Origin: a phage | DNA length: 64,000 nt | Strand: one strand, 5' to 3' | Sequence record: MZ956763.1 | Shown: in pieces, positions 17,258-25,715 of the stretch | Layout: the number at the start of each line of letters is the position of its first letter | How positions within the stretch are numbered: the stretch's first letter is position 1 | The notes under the pieces: model-generated | Told to the model about the DNA's origin: nothing | Databases searched by the model: none | The model's input: only the letters and a program-made list of their open reading frames with translations | Made by a program: the position numbers and the translations under genes

Positions 17258-17491
17258 ATGCTTATAACCGTTTATCTTATCCTTTCTATTTGTAATGGCC
17301 ATTCATGTGATTTTAAAGGGCTTGAGGAGTTCACAGGAAGTAAAGAAAATGCTGTTCAGGTCTGTCAGATAGCAAGGCAAGACTACCCCGCCAGTGATGA
17401 CATACAATGTTATTTTAAGACAGAAGATGAAGATGGTATCTATTTCGATAGTGTAGACGGTCAATATGAAATAATTATAGAAAAAGACTAG
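17258..17491 (+). CDS. hypothetical small protein with N-terminal hydrophobic segment
   Basis: ORF 77 aa. Confidence 0.4.
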   Translation: MLITVYLILSICNGHSCDFKGLEEFTGSKENAVQVCQIARQDYPASDDIQCYFKTEDEDGIYFDSVDGQYEIIIEKD

Positions 17492-17517
17492 ACAAGCCTG
17501 ATAAAAATCTGTAAATT
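17489..17517 (+). promoter_or_regulatory. promoter TAGACA-17-TAAATT with conserved leader hairpin GGGAGGGATGACCTCCC
   Basis: same cassette as 18050, 18646, 18975. Confidence 0.5.
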
Positions 17518-17579
17518 GTCAATCAACGGGAGGGATGACCTCCCAACTAAACAAAGTCCTTAAACTAGGAGATTCAAAA

Positions 17580-17921
17580 ATGGCTTATGTAACCGTAATT
17601 ACCAATAAAGAAGATTCATCTTGGTCAACTCAAGTAAGTGACAAGATGTCACCTATGCAGTGCCTAAAATACTTTGAGCAATGGAACAAAGGTGAGGAAA
17701 CAAGCCCCTTTCAAGTAATGCAGATTATTCATACAGACAACGAAGGGAATAAAACTGTTTTGAATAGTGAGTACTATGCAACCAGATTAGAAACGAGAAG
17801 TAAAGCAATGAAGCTCTTACGTGAATCCGGTTATTCTCATATTGCCGCGCTAATCTGGGATGACCTCCTAAAAAGTCAGCGTATCAGCTATGTAAAACCT
17901 GAAAAAATATTCATCAGTTAA
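17580..17921 (+). CDS. hypothetical protein (early)
   Basis: start placed at ATG after conserved RBS (MAYVTVITNK...); ORF-track N-terminal extension is translated leader. Confidence 0.45.
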   Translation: MAYVTVITNKEDSSWSTQVSDKMSPMQCLKYFEQWNKGEETSPFQVMQIIHTDNEGNKTVLNSEYYATRLETRSKAMKLLRESGYSHIAALIWDDLLKSQRISYVKPEKIFIS

Positions 17922-18049
17922 TCAATAACTTACAAAAAACTTTTAAAAAAATGTTGACAATCCCTCTTGACATTGGTAACTTTGTTCGAGGGGGCTTATC
18001 TAAAAGGGATTCACTTAAAAGATTCTTTATAGATAAGCTCAAAAATTGC

Positions 18050-18078
18050 TTGCAATCAGCTATCAAAACAAGTAAATT
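18050..18078 (+). promoter_or_regulatory. promoter TTGCAA-17-TAAATT with conserved leader hairpin
   Basis: leader CAACGGGAGGGATAACCTCCCC, then TAAACTAGGAGATTCAAAAATG. Confidence 0.55.
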
Positions 18079-18140
18079 ACTAATCAACGGGAGGGATAAC
18101 CTCCCCACTAAGTAAAGTCCTTAAACTAGGAGATTCAAAA

Positions 18141-18671
18141 ATGAACAAGTTCAAAGCTATCAACTTCATTCGTTCAAATAGTGTTATGTCTAAGCCTGTT
18201 AAAGACACCTATGAATTTCGTTGTAATGGTGTACACTTTGCAACCATCACTAAATCAGAAAACGGGGCTTATTACATTCATCGTCGTAATGTTGCAACCG
18301 TTGTAGTCTCTCACTTTATGCAAGCCGTTGCGGAACTCCTCCCGATGTTTTTAGGGCTTTACTTAGATGAGTGTAAAAACGTTCACAATCACGTTAAAAA
18401 CCTTTTAAACAGTTATAAAATGGCTTATGAACGTTCTATCAAGTCCTTAAACAAGTTCTATAAAGCCCCTGTAAATACTGTTTCAATGGCCTACGCTGCA
18501 AATGGTGAAAGAGTAAGCCTATCCGATGTGGAAGATATCGAGCTTTACGACCATCGTCCTAACGGTTACTCTCAGACCCTCGGTGAAGGTTTATCATTCA
18601 ATATCAAGAACTTAGAAAAAACTTTAAAAGATATTGAAAAAGATATTGACGAGACAATCAAAAATCTGTAA
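18141..18671 (+). CDS. hypothetical protein (early)
   Basis: ORF 176 aa. Confidence 0.5.
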   Translation: MNKFKAINFIRSNSVMSKPVKDTYEFRCNGVHFATITKSENGAYYIHRRNVATVVVSHFMQAVAELLPMFLGLYLDECKNVHNHVKNLLNSYKMAYERSIKSLNKFYKAPVNTVSMAYAANGERVSLSDVEDIELYDHRPNGYSQTLGEGLSFNIKNLEKTLKDIEKDIDETIKNL

Positions 18672-18674
18672 ATT
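18646..18674 (+). promoter_or_regulatory. promoter TTGACG-17-TAAATT with conserved leader hairpin
   Basis: overlaps 3' end of previous gene; leader GGGAGGGATGACCTCCC. Confidence 0.55.
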
Positions 18675-18736
18675 ACTAATCAACGGGAGGGATGACCTCC
18701 CTACTAAATAAAGTCCTTAAACTAGGAGTTATCAAG

Positions 18737-19000
18737 ATGGAAAACGTAGAATTAACCACACTTTTACAAATTGCAACCGACAAAGAAAACGTAGCATTAA
18801 TTCACCGCATCGAAAGTGATTTGTTCAATGGTGAAATCATCAAAGAGTCTTACGAAGTTGTCGGATTCAAAGATGGTAAAACGTTTGGATTCTTTGACCT
18901 CGAAAAAGGCAACGCTATTACAAAATATGATGTTNTATCTTGTGAGATTCTTACAAAATACAACGAAAAAAGGCTTGCAACATACGCNAACATGCAGTAA
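18737..19000 (+). CDS. hypothetical protein (early; contains ambiguous bases)
   Basis: start at ATG after GGAG (MENVELTT..); two N in sequence. Confidence 0.4.
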   Translation: MENVELTTLLQIATDKENVALIHRIESDLFNGEIIKESYEVVGFKDGKTFGFFDLEKGNAITKYDVXSCEILTKYNEKRLATYXNMQ

Positions 19001-19003
19001 ATT
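18975..19003 (+). promoter_or_regulatory. promoter TTGCAA-17-TAAATT with conserved leader hairpin
   Basis: -10 overlaps stop codon of previous gene. Confidence 0.5.
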
Positions 19004-19065
19004 ACTAATCAACGGGAGGGATGACCTCCNTACTAAATAAAACCNTTAAACTAGGAGATTCAAAA

Positions 19066-19314
19066 ATGGCAACTATCCGCGCAACCGTTAACNAATTNNG
19101 CTTCTACTCTCTGGATGTTAAATTTGACCTTGTGGGCACTGATAACGCCTTTGAAATGGTGAAAGGTCTTATCAGTCAGACCATCAAAGACTATAATCCT
19201 TCTGATGAGTTCTGGAAAGAAACAAAACAGGAAGTTCTTAAAGATGGTTATTCTTTTCACTATTGGGGTGAAAAAATTGTCTCTCTGTACTACGATAAAG
19301 AAGGCACTAACTAA
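19066..19314 (+). CDS. hypothetical protein (early; contains ambiguous bases)
   Basis: start at ATG after conserved RBS (MATIRATV..). Confidence 0.4.
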   Translation: MATIRATVNXXXFYSLDVKFDLVGTDNAFEMVKGLISQTIKDYNPSDEFWKETKQEVLKDGYSFHYWGEKIVSLYYDKEGTN

Positions 19315-19352
19315 ACGCCGCAGCGGGGCTAAATAGCCCCAGATACCTTTAC

Positions 19353-19377
19353 AGCCCCTCTGAATAGGGGCTTTTTT
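19353..19377 (+). terminator. intrinsic terminator (second of two tandem hairpins)
   Basis: GGGGCTAAATAGCCCC then AGCCCCTCTGAATAGGGGCT + TTTTTT. Confidence 0.7.
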
Positions 19378-19379
19378 AC

Positions 19380-21010
19380 GTCTTATACAATCCTTATACA
19401 AACCCTTTCCCTTTCCTTCCTAGAATCTTACTAGACCTTAAAAGCAATAACTCTATAGTCTACTCTATAGCCTTTTATCAAATCAACTTAAATATAAGCC
19501 CATAACCCGAAAGGGAAGGGCAACCATTTAAACGCTCTATAAAGCCCTATAACAACCTTATTAACCCAACTTAAGGGATTGCATTATCTCACCCTTAAAA
19601 GCCCTTTATAAAGCTTCCTAGAGCCTTAAAAGAATCTTATAAGGGTGTAAGCTTTATTATCTCGTTAGCTATCTTGTGAATAACTAAAAAGGGCTATGAG
19701 ATAGATTCTATCGAATCCTATTGTTAGTGTCTTAAAAGTATGTTATAGGGGCTATGAAGTAGCTTAAAAGTTGCTTAAAAGTTACGTAAAAGAGGTTATA
19801 AAGTTACGTAAATGCTAGCCCCCTTAACATTTTCTTAACAATTTCTTAACAATCCCTACATAGTTATGCTTTTAAGGCACTTGTTAGCAACTTGTTAGCC
19901 CCTTGTTAAATCTCTGTTAAGACCACGTAAAAGCCTTGTAAGAGTCTTTGACATAGCCTTAAAAGCTCCTGTAAAGCCCTATAAAGAGCTATCCATACAG
20001 TTGAGGGGTAGATACTAGGAAGAGACTTAAAAGGGCTTATAAGGGGCTATAGAGAGCTTTTAAGAGATATGTTTAGAGATTCACTAAGAGGAAAGGGAAT
20101 GATAAGAAAAGAGATAGTGACCATGTTAATAGCTTGTTAAAAAGATTAAACACTTGTTAGGAACTTGTTAATTATCTTTACAAAATAACCCTTAAAAATT
20201 AACTTGTTAGCTCTTGTTAGTCATCTGTTAAGATTCTGTAAAGCCTATTCAGTACTTGTTAGAAAACTGTTACAACCTTGTTAGTTCTGTTAAGAATATG
20301 TTAAGACCTCTGAAGAGATGTTAAAGAGATGTAGCAACTGTTAAGAGATTGTTAATGATATTTTAAAATTTTGCAAAGGGGGTGTTAAGGGGCTGTTAAG
20401 GGCTACCAAGCAGATATACATCCTAATCAGATATTTTTGAGTTCCTTCAAAGACCCTAAAAAATGACTTGATAGTCCTATTTTATAAAAATTTTAAAATT
20501 CTGAATAATTACCTATACAGTCTTCTAAAAATACAGGCATAAACAGGCTTATAAGATACCTTGTTAGTACCGTGTTAGACCTTGTGAGATAAGGTCTGTA
20601 AAGATATTCCTGTTAAGTTTGCTAAAACAGTCTATATAGAGGCTTAGTAATACCTAGTGAACATCTATAGAGGGTATCATAGGTAACCTAGAGATTAAGA
20701 GGTGTATAGGAGCTTCTAAGAGGGTATAGAGAGGTGGTTAAGGTGATTGTATAGGTTGTTAAGAAGGCTTGTTAGGAGAGTGTTTAGAAGGCTTGTTAGA
20801 GGGCTAGTTAGAAGGGTTATACAGAGGGGCTATTAAGACCACTAGATAGTTACTAAGATACTATATAGTACTATATAACTATATAGAGAGTAAGATTAAG
20901 AAGGTTGTTAAGAAGGATAGATATTTTATTCACATATGATGGTGACCCAGAGGTTGGGACAACCGATAAAATTTTATAAAAATTAAAAAGCCCCCAATTA
21001 AGGAGGCTCT
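19380..21010. repeat. 1.6 kb ORF-free region densely packed with short reiterated motifs (YTGTTAR, CTTAAAAG, CTTATAAG, TATAG)
   Basis: no ORF >60 aa; about 30 copies of CTTGTTAG/CTGTTAAG-like words, many CTTAAAAG/TATAAAG words; lies between convergent gene blocks. Confidence 0.8.
20985..21009 (-). terminator. probable intrinsic terminator for leftward block
   Basis: minus-strand hairpin (AGCCTCC/GGGGGCT) followed by T-run. Confidence 0.45.
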
Positions 21011-21019
21011 TAAGATATT

Positions 21020-21613
21020 TTAAATCAGTGTTTCCAGAACTGTTTTTAATGATGACTTGGTTGTCTGATAAAAATGAGTAAATCCATTGTTGTTATCAAA
21101 TACCTGCATCATGATATCATCTCCCTTGATTGGGTACACTCGGATATCATAGTGGAAACCGTTAAAGACACAAGAACCACTACAGAATGCTCTAAAATCA
21201 TCCACTGAGATATACTCTTCATGACCTGTGATTTTTATACAAACACCTTTACTCGGCCTCTTAGGGTTGATATCTTCCATCACAGACATATTCTGCCCAC
21301 CAAGAGATACCATAGTGACCACTTTACGGTTCTTCTGTTTAAAGTACATTTTAACTTTCTGTAAAGTGTCTTCATAGAACGGATAAGACTTCTCTACAAA
21401 GATTCCTTCTAATGGCTCTTTACCGTTTACAATACCTCTGGTATGACGTACTGAGAAGATAAGTTGCTCTAGTATGTCAAGGCTTTCTTCGGAGAGTGCT
21501 TCCCGAATATCATTCCAGTCAAGTACTAGGTAGTTACCTTCAACTTCTTTTAAGTTATCTTTTTCCATATCTATCACGCCATTATCGTAAAACTTGGTAA
21601 GCTGGAACTGCAA
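21020..21613 (-). CDS. hypothetical protein
   Basis: ORF 197 aa. Confidence 0.5.
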   Translation of the reverse strand: MQFQLTKFYDNGVIDMEKDNLKEVEGNYLVLDWNDIREALSEESLDILEQLIFSVRHTRGIVNGKEPLEGIFVEKSYPFYEDTLQKVKMYFKQKNRKVVTMVSLGGQNMSVMEDINPKRPSKGVCIKITGHEEYISVDDFRAFCSGSCVFNGFHYDIRVYPIKGDDIMMQVFDNNNGFTHFYQTTKSSLKTVLETLI

Positions 21614-22046
21614 ACTTGTTGCCGTTGTTCTTAATGAGGTCTTCTTCTGTTACTAAGAATGTAATCCCACACAAGTGTGTGTAGTGGCTATCATACTCAA
21701 ATATTTTAAGTAAGTATTTACCATCGTGATAAACAGACTCTACTACACCTTTTGCAACAATCTTTCCAGTCTTGAAATCTTTAAGAGGGTATGTATTACC
21801 GACTCTAGGGACTGTTTTCATCTCAGGCTCTTTTAGCTTATCACCAGCTTCTACATCACCTAGCAAGTGAGAACTTTCAAACGCTACATATTGCATATAG
21901 GCTTCTGAGCATTCCCAGATAAAGCAATGTACAAGAACCTTAGCAGCATGTCTTGAACAATTCAACTTATCACAAATCTCTTTGTACATTTCATCTTTAA
22001 TTGAGTTGTCAAGCATTGCTTTTTGGACTACTTCTTTAATTTTCAT
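21582..22046 (-). CDS. hypothetical protein
   Basis: ORF 154 aa. Confidence 0.5.
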   Translation of the reverse strand: MKIKEVVQKAMLDNSIKDEMYKEICDKLNCSRHAAKVLVHCFIWECSEAYMQYVAFESSHLLGDVEAGDKLKEPEMKTVPRVGNTYPLKDFKTGKIVAKGVVESVYHDGKYLLKIFEYDSHYTHLCGITFLVTEEDLIKNNGNKFAVPAYQVLR

Positions 22047-22098
22047 TTCGCTACCTTCTAAGTTTCTACAAAGGGGCTATCAAGTAACCCCTAAGCTA

Positions 22099-22323
22099 TT
22101 ACTCAGACTTTTCAGTCTTCTTATCGGATTTCTTACTAGTCTTCTTCTCAGCTTTCTGCTCAGGTTCCTTCTCAGAAGTTGCCTTGATAACCATATCAAG
22201 AAGCTCTGATAAGTCACTCTTCAGCAAAGTAACAGGCTGCTCGTTGTAGAAGTTTTTGTCAAGATAAACTTTAAACTCTTCTATAGAAGGAAATCCAAAA
22301 ATTGGTACAGGTGTCTTAATCAT
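22099..22323 (-). CDS. hypothetical protein (Lys/Glu-rich C-terminus)
   Basis: ORF 74 aa. Confidence 0.4.
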   Translation of the reverse strand: MIKTPVPIFGFPSIEEFKVYLDKNFYNEQPVTLLKSDLSELLDMVIKATSEKEPEQKAEKKTSKKSDKKTEKSE

Positions 22324-22399
22324 TACTTAGTTTCTCCATAGGCATCTTTTAAGATTGCCTTGTTAATCATTTCAGCGATTGCAAAACGAACACATATAG

Positions 22400-22933
22400 C
22401 TATAATTGTAGGTTGCATTCTTTACTTACCTCTTCAAGTTTAACCTCAGAATCCTTAAGTCGTTTCTTATGAACTCTGAACCTTATTAGTGAGATGATGA
22501 TACCAGCTAAAGGAACAGCATACAAGTACCAGATATCATGTACCTTTGCAGTAATCTGTGTAATGGTCAAATCTTGAGCTATGCAGCTTATTGCTGATAC
22601 TGCCAGTAACATTGCTAAGAAGAACGCCAGTACCATAACAATACTTAGGCAACCTCTGGCATGGTGTTCATGCTTAATGCACTTATTCTTTTCGTCAACA
22701 ACTCTGTTGTAGTCATTTGCAAAGTCTCTGTAGAAAGCTTTCAGGTATTCTTGAGTGTAGCCTTCAAAGCAACCTGTACCATACCAATAATCACCACCAA
22801 AATGTGCTATGATACCAGTCTCTCCATTTGGTTTCGTCACTCTTAAAGAAGTATGATGGCAAGTATCCTGAAAATCTATCTTGTATCTTTCTTCGTAAAT
22901 CATTTTCAAACCCCTCTCAATCGTTTGTTCCAC
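22400..22933 (-). CDS. hypothetical membrane protein
   Basis: 177 aa, two predicted TM helices (VMVLAFFLAMLLAVSAI; VPLAGIIISLI). Confidence 0.5.
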   Translation of the reverse strand: MEQTIERGLKMIYEERYKIDFQDTCHHTSLRVTKPNGETGIIAHFGGDYWYGTGCFEGYTQEYLKAFYRDFANDYNRVVDEKNKCIKHEHHARGCLSIVMVLAFFLAMLLAVSAISCIAQDLTITQITAKVHDIWYLYAVPLAGIIISLIRFRVHKKRLKDSEVKLEEVSKECNLQL

Positions 22934-23201
22934 TCAAGGTCAACAAGTCTTTGCAGGACTTTCCCTCTAGGTGTTACGCCTTTTAAATCTGCATCATAGC
23001 AACGGTAAAAGTCACCTTCAGCGTGTTTACCATAGCATTTTCTGATATTCTGGCTTCTACGATACTGTTCTAACAGGGAAAGTTTGTAGTAATCTTCAAC
23101 TGTAGTTAACTTTTTCATTCTTTTACCATGTCTCTTATCTAGAAACTAAAAAGGGAACTACCTCTCGATAGCTCCCATCATAGTCAATATTGTATACTCG
23201 G

Positions 23202-23783
23202 TCAAGAGTATTTTTTAGGCAGTAATGCACTGCGTTTGTTACTCTCTTCACTCAATAGTGCAATGAAGTCATCACTTTTACCTTTCCACGGGCTGAATGA
23301 AGGGATATGTTCACGGATAGCCTCAATCACTGTTTTAAGTGCTGTGTTCTTCATCCACCAATCAGAATCTGCTGATGCTACCACGTAGTATCCACCGTCA
23401 TCAGTTAAAATTGGCTCTGAAATACATGGTGAAATCAAAGTGGTGATAATTGAACCATTGTTCATGTAGTATGTACGCTTCATAACCTTTTCAAGAAGCT
23501 TGTGAAGGTCACCAAACAGTGTTACAAGTTCTTTGTGGTCGATGTCTTTTTCTAGGCTTGCTCGGTACTTCAATAGTGCAGCATCAACCTCTCTGTCATT
23601 AAACTTGAAATATTGAACTTCATCAACAAGGCAAACACTGATGTTGTTAACATTCATAGTCAGCTTGCAAACTTTTGCAGGAGAGTTGATGCTTGGTTGA
23701 AAAAGTGCAACACATCCTTCAATATTTCCAAAGTGTTGTACAAGTGTAACTTGTGGAATGATATCCTGTTGCTCTTCGGACAT
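23202..23783 (-). CDS. hypothetical protein
   Basis: ORF 193 aa. Confidence 0.5.
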   Translation of the reverse strand: MSEEQQDIIPQVTLVQHFGNIEGCVALFQPSINSPAKVCKLTMNVNNISVCLVDEVQYFKFNDREVDAALLKYRASLEKDIDHKELVTLFGDLHKLLEKVMKRTYYMNNGSIITTLISPCISEPILTDDGGYYVVASADSDWWMKNTALKTVIEAIREHIPSFSPWKGKSDDFIALLSEESNKRSALLPKKYS

Positions 23784-24127
23784 TACAGTTTCCTCATTAA
23801 ATACTTTTTAAGTTGTGTGTTAGGTTTCTCAAAAACTTCTATAGAAGATATCTTAACAGACTCACCACGCATACCTGTATGTTTGAATATGTAGTACTCT
23901 AACATCCCTATATACTTTGCTGGTAAGTCATGCTTGACATATACCGTCACAGAATCTTCAAATTCAACAACCTTTGTACCATCTTTGTAGTTAAACTCTT
24001 TAGGATGGTTGTAGTTATCTATGTCATACATTAAAAAGAGTCTTTTACGTTGTAAGTCAAGCTTATTTGTTAAAGACTCTTTGATATCTGAGAAGTTTTT
24101 GTAAACTGTGACATGGAGCTTACTCAT
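23783..24127 (-). CDS. hypothetical protein
   Basis: ORF 114 aa. Confidence 0.5.
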   Translation of the reverse strand: MSKLHVTVYKNFSDIKESLTNKLDLQRKRLFLMYDIDNYNHPKEFNYKDGTKVVEFEDSVTVYVKHDLPAKYIGMLEYYIFKHTGMRGESVKISSIEVFEKPNTQLKKYLMRKL

Positions 24128-24413
24128 CGTTAAACTCTCTGACGAAGAAATAGTTGACTTTGTTATTGCCTACCATAAGGTCAAAGCAGGTATTCTCAAA
24201 AGGTTTGTTGTAGGCATCATATGAAACATATGGGTCAGCTACTTGCTTAGTGCTTAACTTCTTACTTGATGGGTTTAAGAGGCCACCATATAGTTTCTTG
24301 ATAGCCTCTTCTACAACAGACCAGATAATTTCGTCAGTAATTTCTTCGTACAGGTCAAGTTCACGCTCTAGTGAGAAGTCACAAATAGGGAAAACAACCT
24401 GTACTTTACTCAT
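24120..24413 (-). CDS. hypothetical protein
   Basis: ORF 97 aa. Confidence 0.5.
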   Translation of the reverse strand: MSKVQVVFPICDFSLERELDLYEEITDEIIWSVVEEAIKKLYGGLLNPSSKKLSTKQVADPYVSYDAYNKPFENTCFDLMVGNNKVNYFFVREFNDE

Positions 24414-24808
24414 TAACGAATAACCTGTGATACTTGAATTGCTTCAGTTACAGACAAATCACCAACTTTCTCTTCTTTGATAAAAGTGAAGGTGATTTCA
24501 ACAGGCTCTTGCTCTTCTTGCTCAACTGGAATGCCATTAAGCTCATCAAAGATTGACTGAGTTGTCCAGTCTTCTCCACCATCTGGATAGTGGATTGCAT
24601 AAAGAGGAAACTCTAAATTATACCAAGCAAAAACAGGGCAACCATCGGCATCATCTCGGCATCTGTGGAGATATGTGTTTGTACCTTCAAAATGCAAATG
24701 CAGATTGCCATTCTTCTCAAATAGAAGAGCATCTTGCAGGTCTAGCTCCTCATTTTCGCTGTAACGACTAACATCAACTTTAACGTGGATATGACTGTTA
24801 TTATTCAT
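24413..24808 (-). CDS. hypothetical protein
   Basis: ORF 131 aa. Confidence 0.5.
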   Translation of the reverse strand: MNNNSHIHVKVDVSRYSENEELDLQDALLFEKNGNLHLHFEGTNTYLHRCRDDADGCPVFAWYNLEFPLYAIHYPDGGEDWTTQSIFDELNGIPVEQEEQEPVEITFTFIKEEKVGDLSVTEAIQVSQVIR

Positions 24809-25199
24809 AAAAACCTCTCTCTGCTTGTTCGATTTTTGCTCTTAAAGCTTCGCAATGTTGTAAATGGTAGTTAGCTTCTTGTTCATGTGTTGCTAACTGC
24901 CTTTCAAGAACAGTTTTATAATAACCTGCAAGTTGCTCTTTTGTCAATGGGTGCTCTGAAATAATATCAAGTCCACTTTCACCAAGAGGGTTGAATTGTC
25001 CATGTTCGTTGACATTGTAAGTCTCAAACTTGAACAGACCATTGTTCACAGACTCAATAGGTGACAGTTCAACAAGCTCTACAGTAAATCGTGTATACAC
25101 CTTATCACCTCTTGAAACTACATTGTTTCCAACAATGCGTACAAGCGAGCCATTACGAGTGTACTTAAAAGTTCCAAAGTCACTAGCCCAAAGTTTCAT
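24801..25199 (-). CDS. hypothetical protein
   Basis: ORF 132 aa. Confidence 0.5.
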   Translation of the reverse strand: MKLWASDFGTFKYTRNGSLVRIVGNNVVSRGDKVYTRFTVELVELSPIESVNNGLFKFETYNVNEHGQFNPLGESGLDIISEHPLTKEQLAGYYKTVLERQLATHEQEANYHLQHCEALRAKIEQAERGFYE

Positions 25200-25214
25200 A
25201 GTTTTCTCCTTAGA

Positions 25215-25240
25215 AAATAAAAAAGGCTCCCGAAGGAGCC
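25215..25240 (-). terminator. intrinsic terminator (minus strand)
   Basis: GGCTCC-TTCG-GGAGCC hairpin with T-run on minus strand, downstream of endolysin gene. Confidence 0.6.
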
Positions 25241-25250
25241 TATGAAGATA

Positions 25251-25715
25251 TTACTTTGGATATACACTGTCAAGATAAATGTCAGCTTCCATTCTACGTC
25301 TGTTTTTCAGACCGTTTGAAGTGACCTTCTTACCTTTGACTGTAACCTTGTTCCACCATTGCATAGCTTCTGCACAACCTGCCTTATTACCATCGTTGTG
25401 GCGCTTGATAAATGTAGAGTCCTGCATAGCTGTGATGCCAATGTTGTATGTTTCACTTACAAGTGCATCAAACTCGTTCTGAGAAGTTGGAACCTTGACG
25501 GATTTATTCACTGCTGCAACGAACTTTTCAACATCTGCGAGAAGATACTGTTCAGCTTGTTCAGCCGTGATTCTCATACCCATCTTAACAGGTTTACCAG
25601 CAATACGGATTGTCCCATACCCAATTGTAGGGATTCCGGCAGAATCTTCGTAAGCCTCTAGCTTAAGACCTTCAAAGAACTTAATAGCTTCTAAGCCTTT
25701 TCTTGAGAGTTGCAT
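25251..25715 (-). CDS. endolysin, T4-type lysozyme (GH24)
   Basis: FFEGLKLEAYEDSAGIPTIGYG carries the Glu/Asp/Thr catalytic triad spacing of T4 lysozyme family. Confidence 0.85.
   Translation of the reverse strand: MQLSRKGLEAIKFFEGLKLEAYEDSAGIPTIGYGTIRIAGKPVKMGMRITAEQAEQYLLADVEKFVAAVNKSVKVPTSQNEFDALVSETYNIGITAMQDSTFIKRHNDGNKAGCAEAMQWWNKVTVKGKKVTSNGLKNRRRMEADIYLDSVYPK

Noticed and set aside
17535-19065. N-terminal extensions MTSQLNKVLKLG(D/V)(S/I)KM on three early ORFs
   Set aside because: The extension is the translated conserved leader/RBS cassette; true starts are the ATG directly after AGGAG (17580, 18737, 19066).
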